56,619 nt of DNA from Deltaproteobacteria bacterium (lineage in GTDB: Bacteria > Desulfobacterota > BSN033 > UBA1163), in NCBI GenBank assembly GCA_037441765.1, contig JBBIRM010000004.1, positions 1-56,619 of the forward strand. The letters are read 5' to 3'. The notes beneath the pieces are model-generated. The model was not told the origin of the DNA. It did no database searches and saw only the letters and a list, made by a program, of their open reading frames with translations. The position numbers were made by a program, and so were the translations under genes. This document shows positions 1-8,276 of the stretch, in pieces. Position 1 is the stretch's first letter, and every line of letters starts with the position of its first letter.

Positions 1-7
1 TTTTATA

Positions 8-169
8 GACTGGGGAGGTGGGGTGGAAAAGCCTTCGAGCGGATACCTTTAAAAGTTTGGCACTATTAATTAATTCCCTGAAAATGTTTGTTTTTCTCTT
101 AAACGATTGTTAGCAAATTAACTTCTCAACGCCCGCATTCGAAGGGTTTGGAACCCCACCTCCTCAGTC
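8..169. repeat. MITE-like repeat, copy 1 (17-bp terminal inverted repeats; 116-nt core shared with 44208-44323)
   Basis: 8-24 gactggggaggtggggt is the reverse complement (16/17) of 153-169. Core 54-169 matches 44208-44323 with about 6 mismatches in 116 by manual alignment. Confidence 0.7.
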
Positions 170-205
170 TTTCTATGACTTTTTCAGAACTCTCACGAAG
201 ATAAA

Positions 206-236
206 TTGACAGACATGTTTCAGTCAGTTATATAAT
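206..236 (+). promoter_or_regulatory. sigma70-type promoter of greA
   Basis: TTGACA at 206-211. With 17-nt spacing the -10 is TATATA (229-234); with 19-nt spacing it is TATAAT (231-236). It lies about 20 nt upstream of the greA ATG. Confidence 0.6.
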
Positions 237-255
237 CTTTCAACAAGGGGTATAC

Positions 256-723
256 ATGGGAAGAATTCCAATTACCCGAAATGGGTATAACCACCTTCAT
301 AAAGAATTGGAGAATTTGAAAAAAGTGGTCCGTCCCCAAGTGATCAAAGTGATTGAGGAGGCCCGCGCCCATGGAGATTTAAGCGAAAATGCTGAATATG
401 TGGCAGCCAAAGAGCGCCAATCTTTTGTTGAGAAAAAGATTCGCGAGATTGAACAGAAGCTTGCCAACTCAGAGATTATTGACCAGGTCAATCTTCAAGA
501 TGGGAGGATTGGCTTTGGCTCTGTGGTCACCTTGGAAAATCTCGATAATGGAGGCCAAGTTACATATCAAATTGTCGGTCCAGAGGAATCAGATATCCCA
601 TCGGGCAAGATCTCAATCACCTCCCCTTTGGGTAAGGCCTTAATCGGGAAAGAGGTGAATGATGAAATAAAGGTCCAAACCCCAGGAGGAACAAAAAACT
701 ACATCGTTCTGAAAATCAATTAA
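256..723 (+). CDS. greA: transcription elongation factor GreA
   Basis: 155 aa. The N-terminal coiled coil carries the conserved HGDLSENAEY acidic tip, and a C-terminal GreA/B globular domain follows. An AAGGGG RBS lies upstream. Confidence 0.95.
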   Translation: MGRIPITRNGYNHLHKELENLKKVVRPQVIKVIEEARAHGDLSENAEYVAAKERQSFVEKKIREIEQKLANSEIIDQVNLQDGRIGFGSVVTLENLDNGGQVTYQIVGPEESDIPSGKISITSPLGKALIGKEVNDEIKVQTPGGTKNYIVLKIN

Positions 724-838
724 GACCTCACCTCCATATTAATTCCAATCACTCCGAAATCCCCTTCAAAATAGGGATGCTCCCCATTCTCATTTTTGGT
801 CCGATGATATTCCCCTTCACAATAATCTTCCCGTTATC

Positions 839-1984
839 TCAACTTTCTCCTTTTCTTATCGCAGTGATAGCGGTGGCTTTGAAAGAGGCCTCCACCTCTT
901 TACCCTCTGTTAATAATAACTCTTCTAAAGAGTGATTTGTGACATAAGCAACAAGTGGAAATCCACAGTTAAGTTGGACCTTTTGATAAAGCCCTAAGGA
1001 GACGATCTTTTCAATCTTTCCTGTTAAAACATTTCTGGCGCTGCTTCTCTCCCGGGAGGGGTGAGTGGAGAGGGTGACATTTTCTGGACGAATGCAAAGA
1101 ACGACTTTCTCTCCAAGATGGGCCCTTCCAACCACTTCAATTTCTTGCCCTTCAACTGAAACAAAGAAAGTTCCGTGACCCTCTTTTACCACCCTTCCGG
1201 TCAAGATCGTCTCCACCCCTACAAAGGAAGCCACCCATTCATCTACGGGTTGGTTCATGACTTCACCAGGAAAACCCATCTGTAAAATTCTACCTCCATT
1301 CATGACTGCAACTCTATCCGATAATCTGAGGGCTTCCATCCTATCATGGGTGGCAAAAATGGTTGTCGTGCGAGTTTGACGAAGGATATGGTCTAAATCC
1401 TCGATCAAGGAATCACGAGTGGGGGGGTCAAGGGAAGCGAAAGGTTCGTCAAGCAGAAGAATCTCAGGTTGGAGGACAAAGGCGCGGGCGAGGCTCGTCC
1501 TCTGTGCCTCCCCTCCTGAAAGTGTTTTTACAGACCGGTCTTTAAGATGGCTTATTCCAAATCGATCGAGTTCCTCCATTACCATATCACGGATCTTCTT
1601 TTTCTCCATTCTCCTTATTTTTAAACCCGATGCCACATTATTAAAAACTGTTGTATCAAATAGAAGGGGTTCTTGGAAGACCATGGCCAGCCTTCTACGA
1701 TATTCTAAAACGGAGTGATTTGTTTCGACCTTCTTCCCTTTGAAGAAGATTTCTCCTTGAAAGGGCTTCAATAAATAGGATAATGTTTGCAGGAGAGTAG
1801 TTTTCCCTGCCCCATTCGGTCCGATCAGGGAAAGGATTTCCCCCTCTTTGATTTGCAGGGAAGGGATGTTAAGGATTGTCGACCCTCCCCTTTCAACTTC
1901 AATGTTTCTTGCCTCCAGGATTGGACCTGATTCATTCATACCCAATCTTTCAGACCATATTGTGCGGTAATCTTTATTGTTCAT
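839..1984 (-). CDS. tupC: tungstate/molybdate ABC transporter ATP-binding protein with C-terminal TOBE-like domain
   Basis: Walker A GPNGAGKT, signature LSGGE and Walker B LLLDEP, plus a ~120-aa C-terminal extension typical of ModC/TupC. The start is uncertain: an alternative ATG at 1939 gives MNESGPILEARNIEV. Confidence 0.75.
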   Translation of the reverse strand: MNNKDYRTIWSERLGMNESGPILEARNIEVERGGSTILNIPSLQIKEGEILSLIGPNGAGKTTLLQTLSYLLKPFQGEIFFKGKKVETNHSVLEYRRRLAMVFQEPLLFDTTVFNNVASGLKIRRMEKKKIRDMVMEELDRFGISHLKDRSVKTLSGGEAQRTSLARAFVLQPEILLLDEPFASLDPPTRDSLIEDLDHILRQTRTTTIFATHDRMEALRLSDRVAVMNGGRILQMGFPGEVMNQPVDEWVASFVGVETILTGRVVKEGHGTFFVSVEGQEIEVVGRAHLGEKVVLCIRPENVTLSTHPSRERSSARNVLTGKIEKIVSLGLYQKVQLNCGFPLVAYVTNHSLEELLLTEGKEVEASFKATAITAIRKGES

Positions 1985-2020
1985 CGTTCATCGTCCATCG
2001 TCTATCGTCCATCGTCCATT
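1981..2020. repeat. tandem heptanucleotide repeat (YYATCGT x about 5.7)
   Basis: tcatcgt tcatcgt ccatcgt ctatcgt ccatcgt ccatt. It lies between the permease stop (2024) and the ATPase start, and each unit supplies an ATG on the minus strand. Confidence 0.85.
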
Positions 2021-2023
2021 ATA

Positions 2024-2722
2024 TTACCTCGGCCTCGTCTTCTGTTGTATTTGAGTGAGAATCAAATTAATAAAATAGGCAAGCAATAGGAGGATAATCC
2101 CTAAGGCAATTGCAATGTCAAAGTTTCCCCGGCTGGTCTCCATAACGGTCGCCGTCGTCAGCACTCTTGAATATCCCTTGATATTTCCACCCACCATGAT
2201 GGAGGCTCCCACCTCAGAGATGACCCCTCCGAATCCAGCCATCACAGCAGCCAGAAGCGGAAGCCTTGCCTCTCTGATCAAGATCCAGACCATCTGGAGG
2301 CGGGTGGCCCCGAGGGCCAGAATCTGTAAGCGAAGTTTTTGTGGAAGCTGTTGAATAGCGGCCAAAGTAATCCCCATCACGATAGGAGTAGCGATGATCG
2401 CCTGGGCGATAATCATCGCGGTGGGCGTATAGAGAATTCCAAAAAAACCCAGAGGTCCATTCCTCCACAGAAAAATCGTCACAAAAAGCCCGACTACCAC
2501 GGGCGGAAGCCCCATGCCTGTGTTGATAAGACTTATAACAATTCTCCTACCTGTAAACCTGGAAAGGGCAACCGCTACCCCAACTGATATCCCGATCAAG
2601 AGACTGACCAGGGTGGCTGTCCCCGAGACCTGGAGCGAAAGAAGAGTGATCCCCATGACCTCCGGGTCAAGGGTGACCAATAGCCAAAAAGCCTTTTTTA
2701 TTCCCTCGAGAATGAGATCCAT
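2024..2722 (-). CDS. tupB: tungstate/molybdate ABC transporter permease
   Basis: 232 aa, polytopic, binding-protein-dependent transport inner-membrane component. It sits between the SBP and ATPase genes. Confidence 0.8.
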   Translation of the reverse strand: MDLILEGIKKAFWLLVTLDPEVMGITLLSLQVSGTATLVSLLIGISVGVAVALSRFTGRRIVISLINTGMGLPPVVVGLFVTIFLWRNGPLGFFGILYTPTAMIIAQAIIATPIVMGITLAAIQQLPQKLRLQILALGATRLQMVWILIREARLPLLAAVMAGFGGVISEVGASIMVGGNIKGYSRVLTTATVMETSRGNFDIAIALGIILLLLAYFINLILTQIQQKTRPR

Positions 2723-2730
2723 CTTCTTAC

Positions 2731-2836
2731 CTCAAATCCGAAATCCGAATACCAAAATACAAAACTTTCGTTTGGAACATTTGGATTTTGTAAATTTGTG
2801 CTTGTTTCGAATTTAGGATTTCGAATTTAGAATTTA
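2731..2836. repeat. about 100-nt imperfect palindrome (REP-like) in the tupA-tupB intercistronic spacer
   Basis: aaatccgaaatccgaat (2734-2750) pairs with ttcgaatttaggatttcgaattt (2807-2829). It is related to the element at 33587-33672 through the shared aaatccgaaa, gaacatYtg and gaatttaggattt motifs. Confidence 0.6.
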
Positions 2837-3700
2837 TCTTCCAAGCTCTTCTTCCTTCTTGCCTGCATCGGGGAAGAACAGGGGTGACCCGAATTTATCG
2901 ACTCCAAAGGTTTTGATGATGTTCTGGGTTTCTTTTGAAACCATGAAATCGGCAAATGCCTTTCCTCCTGCGGCATTCACCTTGGGCCATTTGTCAGGGT
3001 TCACCTCAATGACATGATAAATATTGAGAAGAATGGCATCCCCCTCGATCAAAATATCGAGTCCGAGATTCTTTTTCAATGCCAGATAGGTCCCTCGATC
3101 CGCAAGGGTATATCCCTTCTTCTCAGCTGTCACATTCAATGTCTGACCCATCCCAAGGCCTGTCTGCTGGTACCATTTCTCTCCTTCGGGATCGATCCCA
3201 GATTTCTTCCAAATATCCATTTCCTTCACATGGGTGCCCGATTTATCTGCCCTCGATAAGAACAGTGCTTTGGCTGAAGCAATCTTTTTAAAAGCTTCTG
3301 AGGCTAATTTTATTCCTTTAATTTTAGCTGGATCTGTAGGAGGTCCCACGATGACAAAGTCATTATGCATGATGATTCTTCGATTGATTCCATAACCTTC
3401 GGCCACAAACTTCTTCTCCGCAGCAGGCGAATGAACCAAGAGGACATCCGCCTCCCCCTTTTGACCCATGGCCATCGCCTGGCCAGAGCCCACGGCAATG
3501 GTCTTGACGAAGTAACCTGTCTTCTTCTCAAAGATGGGGATAAGAACATCAAGTAGCCCGGAATCCTGCGTGCTGGTGGTGGTTGCCAGAATGATTGTTT
3601 TTTGTGTGCTTGCCAACGAAGGATGTAACAAGCCTAAAAGAGAATAAAAAAACAATCCGAACCAAACCCCTTTTATCACTTCAACTCCACAATTAATCAA
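2834..3700 (-). CDS. tupA: tungstate-binding periplasmic protein (TupA type)
   Basis: Signal peptide followed by ILATTTSTQDSGLLD, the TTTS/DSG anion-binding motif of TupA-type binding proteins. Confidence 0.75.
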   Translation of the reverse strand: MINCGVEVIKGVWFGLFFYSLLGLLHPSLASTQKTIILATTTSTQDSGLLDVLIPIFEKKTGYFVKTIAVGSGQAMAMGQKGEADVLLVHSPAAEKKFVAEGYGINRRIIMHNDFVIVGPPTDPAKIKGIKLASEAFKKIASAKALFLSRADKSGTHVKEMDIWKKSGIDPEGEKWYQQTGLGMGQTLNVTAEKKGYTLADRGTYLALKKNLGLDILIEGDAILLNIYHVIEVNPDKWPKVNAAGGKAFADFMVSKETQNIIKTFGVDKFGSPLFFPDAGKKEEELGR

Positions 3701-4614
3701 TTTTTTGAATAAAGGATTTTCCCTGAACTTTTAAAATCGTAGTTCCCCAACCTCTCAACCCTATTTCGAAATTCCTTTGAGTTAAGAACCTCAATAAAGG
3801 CCTGAACCCCCTTATCAAAAAAGGTCGATTGGTCGAGGATCATATCAAATCTTTCGTGGGTGATGGGAATAAATCGGAGGCCAAAAAGCCTGGAAACGGC
3901 TATCGTCGCAATGCCAACATCTGCTTCTCTTGAGAGTATTGAGAGACCAACTTCAAAATGGGTATAGACCTCTTTCTCATATCCGTTAATCTTCGAAGGA
4001 ATAATCCCCAATTTTTTTAGGTGATGGTCTAAGAGTACCCTTGTGCCTGAGCCTTTTTGTCGATTAATAAACTTAATTTCTTTTTGAGTCAGATCTTCGA
4101 AGCCACAGATGTTGAAAGGATTTTTAGGAGCGACCACAAACCCTATATCGCGGCGAAATAAATTAACCACAACAGGTTTTATATTTGTGAGATAACTGGA
4201 AATGAAAGGGATATTATATTCATTAGTTTTTGGATCAAAAAGATGAGACCATGCAATATCTGTATAACCCAGGTTCAGGGCCTTGAGTCCATCCGTACTC
4301 CCCGTATTCGCAGAAAAGATATAGAACTCTGGAAAACATTTTCTCATATAGGTATAAAGCATATCTAAGATAGGATCATTACTGCCAGAGGCAAGAATTG
4401 CCCCCTCAATCTTTCGGCTCTTCTTTCTTGCCTGCTCGAGACCTGTTTTGGCATTCGATTCAATCCATTCATCGATCAACTTCTTGGGAAACACCCACTT
4501 ACCTGTAACTCGAGTGGATGGAATCTTTCTGGATTTAATCAATCCATAAACCTGCTTTTCGTGGATCCCTAAATAATTCGCTACCTCTTTGGTATTCATC
4601 ATTTCTTGAGGCAT
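3697..4614 (-). CDS. one-component regulator: excisionase/MerR-type HTH fused to a periplasmic-binding-protein-like oxyanion-binding domain
   Basis: The N-terminus MNTKEVANYLGIHEKQVYGLIKSRKIPSTRV is an HTH_17-like helix-turn-helix. The C-terminal ~230 aa are PBP-like. Its stop overlaps the tupA start by 4 nt. An AGGAGG RBS lies at 4619-4624. Confidence 0.6.
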   Translation of the reverse strand: MPQEMMNTKEVANYLGIHEKQVYGLIKSRKIPSTRVTGKWVFPKKLIDEWIESNAKTGLEQARKKSRKIEGAILASGSNDPILDMLYTYMRKCFPEFYIFSANTGSTDGLKALNLGYTDIAWSHLFDPKTNEYNIPFISSYLTNIKPVVVNLFRRDIGFVVAPKNPFNICGFEDLTQKEIKFINRQKGSGTRVLLDHHLKKLGIIPSKINGYEKEVYTHFEVGLSILSREADVGIATIAVSRLFGLRFIPITHERFDMILDQSTFFDKGVQAFIEVLNSKEFRNRVERLGNYDFKSSGKILYSKN

Positions 4615-4637
4615 GATGAACCTCCTATGGCAAATAT

Positions 4638-4666
4638 ATACTAAAAGGATCTAAAAAATTTGTCAA
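4638..4666 (-). promoter_or_regulatory. sigma70-type promoter of the regulator-tupABC operon
   Basis: On the minus strand: TTGACA (4666-4661), a 17-nt spacer, then TAGTAT (4643-4638). Confidence 0.5.
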
Positions 4667-4708
4667 GAAAAAAATTATAAATTATTACTTTTTATTACTT
4701 CTAATTAC

Positions 4709-4740
4709 AAAAAAAGAGGGCAGTATTTCATACTGCCCTC
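4709..4740 (-). terminator. Rho-independent terminator downstream of the SOD gene
   Basis: Perfect 11-bp stem gagggcagtat / atactgccctc (4716-4726 / 4730-4740) with a 3-nt loop. It is followed on the minus strand by a run of 7 U (4709-4715). Confidence 0.85.
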
Positions 4741-4770
4741 CCCTCTACTCCTTCCTTGATAAAATCGTTA

Positions 4771-5349
4771 TTACCTCAAACGACCTTCCACGGCTTCCCA
4801 TTTGATATTCTTAAAGAAAGAGGCAATATAATCTGCCCTTTTCAAGCCATAGTCAATCATAAAGGCGTGCTCAAAAACATCCAAGATCAATAAGGGATTG
4901 CAACCAGCAGGATGCCCAACATCGTGCTCGTTGATCCATTGATTGAATAATCTCCTATTCACCGAATCCTGATAAAGAATGGCCCATCCGATGCCCCTCA
5001 TGGTGCCAACCCCCTTAAAATCCGCTTCCCAATTGTCATAACTTCCAAAATCCTCAGCCAACTTTTTCCCAAGTTTGCCATTTTTATTCAAGGTCGCTTT
5101 TCCACCCAAGTTTTCAAAATAGAGTTCATGAAGCCGCATTCCGTTAAACTCCCAGCCCAATCTCCTTTTCAATTCAGCATATTCAGGTGTCCCAATCCTT
5201 CCTCCTTTGGCCATTTCATCAAGTGTATCAAGGAGTTTATTGGTATTGGTCACATATCCTTGATAAAGAGTAAAATGGTTTTTCAATAAGGTTTCGCTAA
5301 ATCCCTCCATTCCAATCAAATGATTGTAGTCCTTTGCCGTATAAGCCAT
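4771..5349 (-). CDS. Fe/Mn-family superoxide dismutase
   Basis: 192 aa with an LDVFEHAFMIDYG (D-x-W/F-E-H-A) metal-ligand motif and typical Fe/Mn-SOD length. Confidence 0.85.
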   Translation of the reverse strand: MAYTAKDYNHLIGMEGFSETLLKNHFTLYQGYVTNTNKLLDTLDEMAKGGRIGTPEYAELKRRLGWEFNGMRLHELYFENLGGKATLNKNGKLGKKLAEDFGSYDNWEADFKGVGTMRGIGWAILYQDSVNRRLFNQWINEHDVGHPAGCNPLLILDVFEHAFMIDYGLKRADYIASFFKNIKWEAVEGRLR

Positions 5350-5429
5350 CTTATGATCCTCCTTTCTTAAAGAAAATTTAATTTAATCATAACAGGTAAA
5401 ATATCTATTTCAAGGTTTATCTTCAATTT

Positions 5430-6752
5430 TTGGATGCGTCACATTCCCTTGAAAAGTCCTTGAGGTCTATGTTATCTCTTCAAAAAATGATGAAACTTCG
5501 TGTGGGAGCAAACTGGGATATCTCATTCCTTGACGCCGTCCAAGGCACTTCTGTGGATGAGCTATTTGGGAAACTTCCTTTCGATATTGTAGGTGGAGCA
5601 AGGCCTGGATTTGTTCTGCCACAGATTGATCGGAAGGTTATCAGGCAGTATATCCAGGCATGCCACGAAAGAGGTCTTCAGTTTAGTTACCTTCTCAATG
5701 CCCCTTGTCTTGGAAATCTTCAATACTCCAGAAGGGGTTACAAAAAACTAATTGAACTCTTAGAATGGATTGATCAATCTAATTGTGACTCAGTCACTGT
5801 CGGTATTCCCTATCTGATCGACCTTGTAAGAAAAAGATTCCCTCGCCTCAAAATCAAGGTTTCCACCACAGCCCGGGTAAATACTGTAAGGAAAGCCCTC
5901 CAATATGAGGATATGGGTGTGGAGGAGATCATCATCGATGAGCATATCAATCGTGAATTTAAAACCCTTGAGGCCATCAGAAAGGCGGTGAAGTGTGACC
6001 TTGAACTGATCGTTAACAATATCTGCCTCTGGCAGTGTCCCTACAACTTCGAGCATGTCAACCACGATGGCCATGCCTCCAGGAAAGGAGAAGAAGGGCA
6101 GTCCTGCTATCTCCAGTATCCCGGTTACCTCTGCCTTTATAGAAAATTGACAAACCCTGTTGAATTACTAAAATCCACCTGGATCAGACCAGAGGATGTC
6201 CACCATTATGAGGAGATCGGGTACGAACATTTCAAAATCACGGAGCGGTTTAAACGCACACCTCTTCTCCTTGAACATGTGAAAGCATATGAGTGCAGAC
6301 ACTTCGAGGGAAATCTTTTAGACCTTTTCACGCTTCCACGGAAAGGTGCCTTTACCCCTCTTCACCTCGAATATTTTATAAAACCTGAACATGTAAATAT
6401 TATGAAAGTTTCTGAACTGGAGAAGGTCTTTGACCTTGAGTTCAGGGAATTGATTCAAATCGACAACCAAAAATTGGATGGTTTTATCGAACACTTTAAA
6501 AGACACGATTGTAATCAGATCACCTGCTCCCAATGTCTCTACTGTGAAATGATCTTTGAAAGAGTGGCAACGGTAAACCTTCAGAAATTGCAAAGCGCAG
6601 CCCAAAAGATTAGAGATTTTTCTGAAAAACTCATATCCGGAGAAATCTTTGAAATCCCTATTGTCCATTATGTTTTCAGGATCCCACTGGCTAAATCCTT
6701 ATTGAAAAAACTCCTCAAATGGCGTGCAAAAAAGATGAAAAAAGACCACTGA
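5430..6752 (+). CDS. U32-family peptidase-like protein (Cys-rich, probable Fe-S)
   Basis: KLRVGANWD...GGARP...YLLNAPCLGN...VNNICLWQCPYNFEHVNH resembles the archaeal/anaerobe U32 subfamily. A C-terminal CNQITCSQCLYC cluster is present. The real start is probably an internal ATG (5469, 5487 or 5490). Confidence 0.55.
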   Translation: MDASHSLEKSLRSMLSLQKMMKLRVGANWDISFLDAVQGTSVDELFGKLPFDIVGGARPGFVLPQIDRKVIRQYIQACHERGLQFSYLLNAPCLGNLQYSRRGYKKLIELLEWIDQSNCDSVTVGIPYLIDLVRKRFPRLKIKVSTTARVNTVRKALQYEDMGVEEIIIDEHINREFKTLEAIRKAVKCDLELIVNNICLWQCPYNFEHVNHDGHASRKGEEGQSCYLQYPGYLCLYRKLTNPVELLKSTWIRPEDVHHYEEIGYEHFKITERFKRTPLLLEHVKAYECRHFEGNLLDLFTLPRKGAFTPLHLEYFIKPEHVNIMKVSELEKVFDLEFRELIQIDNQKLDGFIEHFKRHDCNQITCSQCLYCEMIFERVATVNLQKLQSAAQKIRDFSEKLISGEIFEIPIVHYVFRIPLAKSLLKKLLKWRAKKMKKDH

Positions 6753-6770
6753 TCCAGAGAAAAAGAGACT

Positions 6771-8276
6771 ATGAGATTTCTGCTTGTTGATCCTCCTCAC
6801 AAAATCTGGACGATCCTTCGCGCATGGGTGCCCTCTCCAGGTTGCCTTCAACTCCTGGGATACTTAGAAAGGGAAGGATTTGATATCGATTATATGGACT
6901 GTACCCTGAATGAAAACCCATGGAGAGACCTTGAGGAAAAGATCCGAAGGGAAAAACCTGAGGTGATAGGAATCTCGGTCAACTGTACTGCATTTATATA
7001 CGATGGGATGAATGCGGCAAACCTGATCAAAGCAGTCCACCCCCGTTCCACCATCATCATGGGAGGAGAACATCCCTCTTTTATGGCGGAGGAGACACTT
7101 AGGGATTGCCCTGCCGTCGATTATATCTGTGTTGGAGAGGGAGAGGTCACTCTGACCGAATTCCTTCGGACTCTGGAGAAAAAAGGGGATCTATCAAAAG
7201 TCTTAGGCCTTGCCTATCTTAATGAGAATGGGGATTTTATCTATACGGGTGATCGCCCGTTTATTGAAGACCTCGATACCCTTCCTATGCCTGCCTATCA
7301 CCTGGCAAAGATGGAGCATCCATATGTCGAACTCCCATCTGAAGGCAAAAGGGGATTGGTTGTCAATTTCTCAAGAGGATGTCTATGGGATTGCACCTTC
7401 TGTTCAGAATCTGCCTTTTATAAGAGGACATGGAGGAAAAGAAGCCCTAAATTGATCGCGGACGAATTGGAACTTCTCAAAGAGAAATACAATCGAAAAA
7501 TTTTTTATGTAGGGGATAATACTTTTAACGTAACAAGAGAACAAGGGATTGGTTTTATTGAGGAGATGCTAAAGCGAAAGACCAATCAACACTTCTGGCT
7601 TCAGTCACGAGCAGACCTCATCCTACGGGATGAGGATCTTCTGGATGGTTTCCGAGAGGCAGGAGTCTACCAATTCATGATGGGCCTCGAATACCATTCT
7701 GATGCTGTTCTTAAAGACATTCGGAAGCGACATTCCGTGGAACAAGCAAAAAAGGCCATGCAACTTTTAAAAAAGCATAAATTGATGGTGATGGCAACTC
7801 TTCTCATCGGACACTGGAATGAGACTGAGAAAGACCGAAGGGAGTTTTTTAAGTTCTTCAGTAAATACGTGGACCATTTTGGTCTCAATATCATTACTCC
7901 CCTACCTGGCACGCCTCTTTTCTATCAGATGAAGGCCCAGGGGAGAATCATGGATTGGGATTATAGAAATTACGATTACCTCCATGCGATAATGCCCACG
8001 CGGGAGGCGGATACTCTTGAACAGGTCAACCTGATCTATAAAGAGATTATGAGGCAGTATTATTGGCGACCCAGGGAACTGCTCAAGCTCATTTCTCCCA
8101 ATCCCATCCTAAGACATCACCATCGCTACTATATCACCAAAGTGGCATTAAATATTATGATGCATGAAATCTTTGGAACTCCTCTATGGGTTCAACCCAA
8201 TTACCAGGAATATAAGGATTATCTGGTAGAAAGGGGTGAGCAGTTGCCTGCTGAATTGATGAGGTTGGCCAAATAA
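6771..8276 (+). CDS. B12-binding-domain radical SAM protein (class B)
   Basis: N-terminal Rossmann-like B12-binding region (VIGISV...IIMGGEHPS) and the radical-SAM motif CLWDCTFC (CX3CX2C). Confidence 0.85.
   Translation: MRFLLVDPPHKIWTILRAWVPSPGCLQLLGYLEREGFDIDYMDCTLNENPWRDLEEKIRREKPEVIGISVNCTAFIYDGMNAANLIKAVHPRSTIIMGGEHPSFMAEETLRDCPAVDYICVGEGEVTLTEFLRTLEKKGDLSKVLGLAYLNENGDFIYTGDRPFIEDLDTLPMPAYHLAKMEHPYVELPSEGKRGLVVNFSRGCLWDCTFCSESAFYKRTWRKRSPKLIADELELLKEKYNRKIFYVGDNTFNVTREQGIGFIEEMLKRKTNQHFWLQSRADLILRDEDLLDGFREAGVYQFMMGLEYHSDAVLKDIRKRHSVEQAKKAMQLLKKHKLMVMATLLIGHWNETEKDRREFFKFFSKYVDHFGLNIITPLPGTPLFYQMKAQGRIMDWDYRNYDYLHAIMPTREADTLEQVNLIYKEIMRQYYWRPRELLKLISPNPILRHHHRYYITKVALNIMMHEIFGTPLWVQPNYQEYKDYLVERGEQLPAELMRLAK

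Noticed and set aside
57-75. Sigma54-type promoter suggested by TTGGCAC at the start of the repeat core (also at 44211-44217).
   Set aside because: The -12 element is missing: TGGCAC-N5 is followed by ATTA instead of TTGC, and GG-N10-GC is not satisfied.
4615-4770. A Moco/Wco riboswitch upstream of the tungstate transport operon.
   Set aside because: The leader between the predicted -10 element and the ATG is only ~25 nt, and the whole spacer is AT-rich. It lacks the GC-rich helices of the Moco RNA motif. The remainder is occupied by the SOD terminator.
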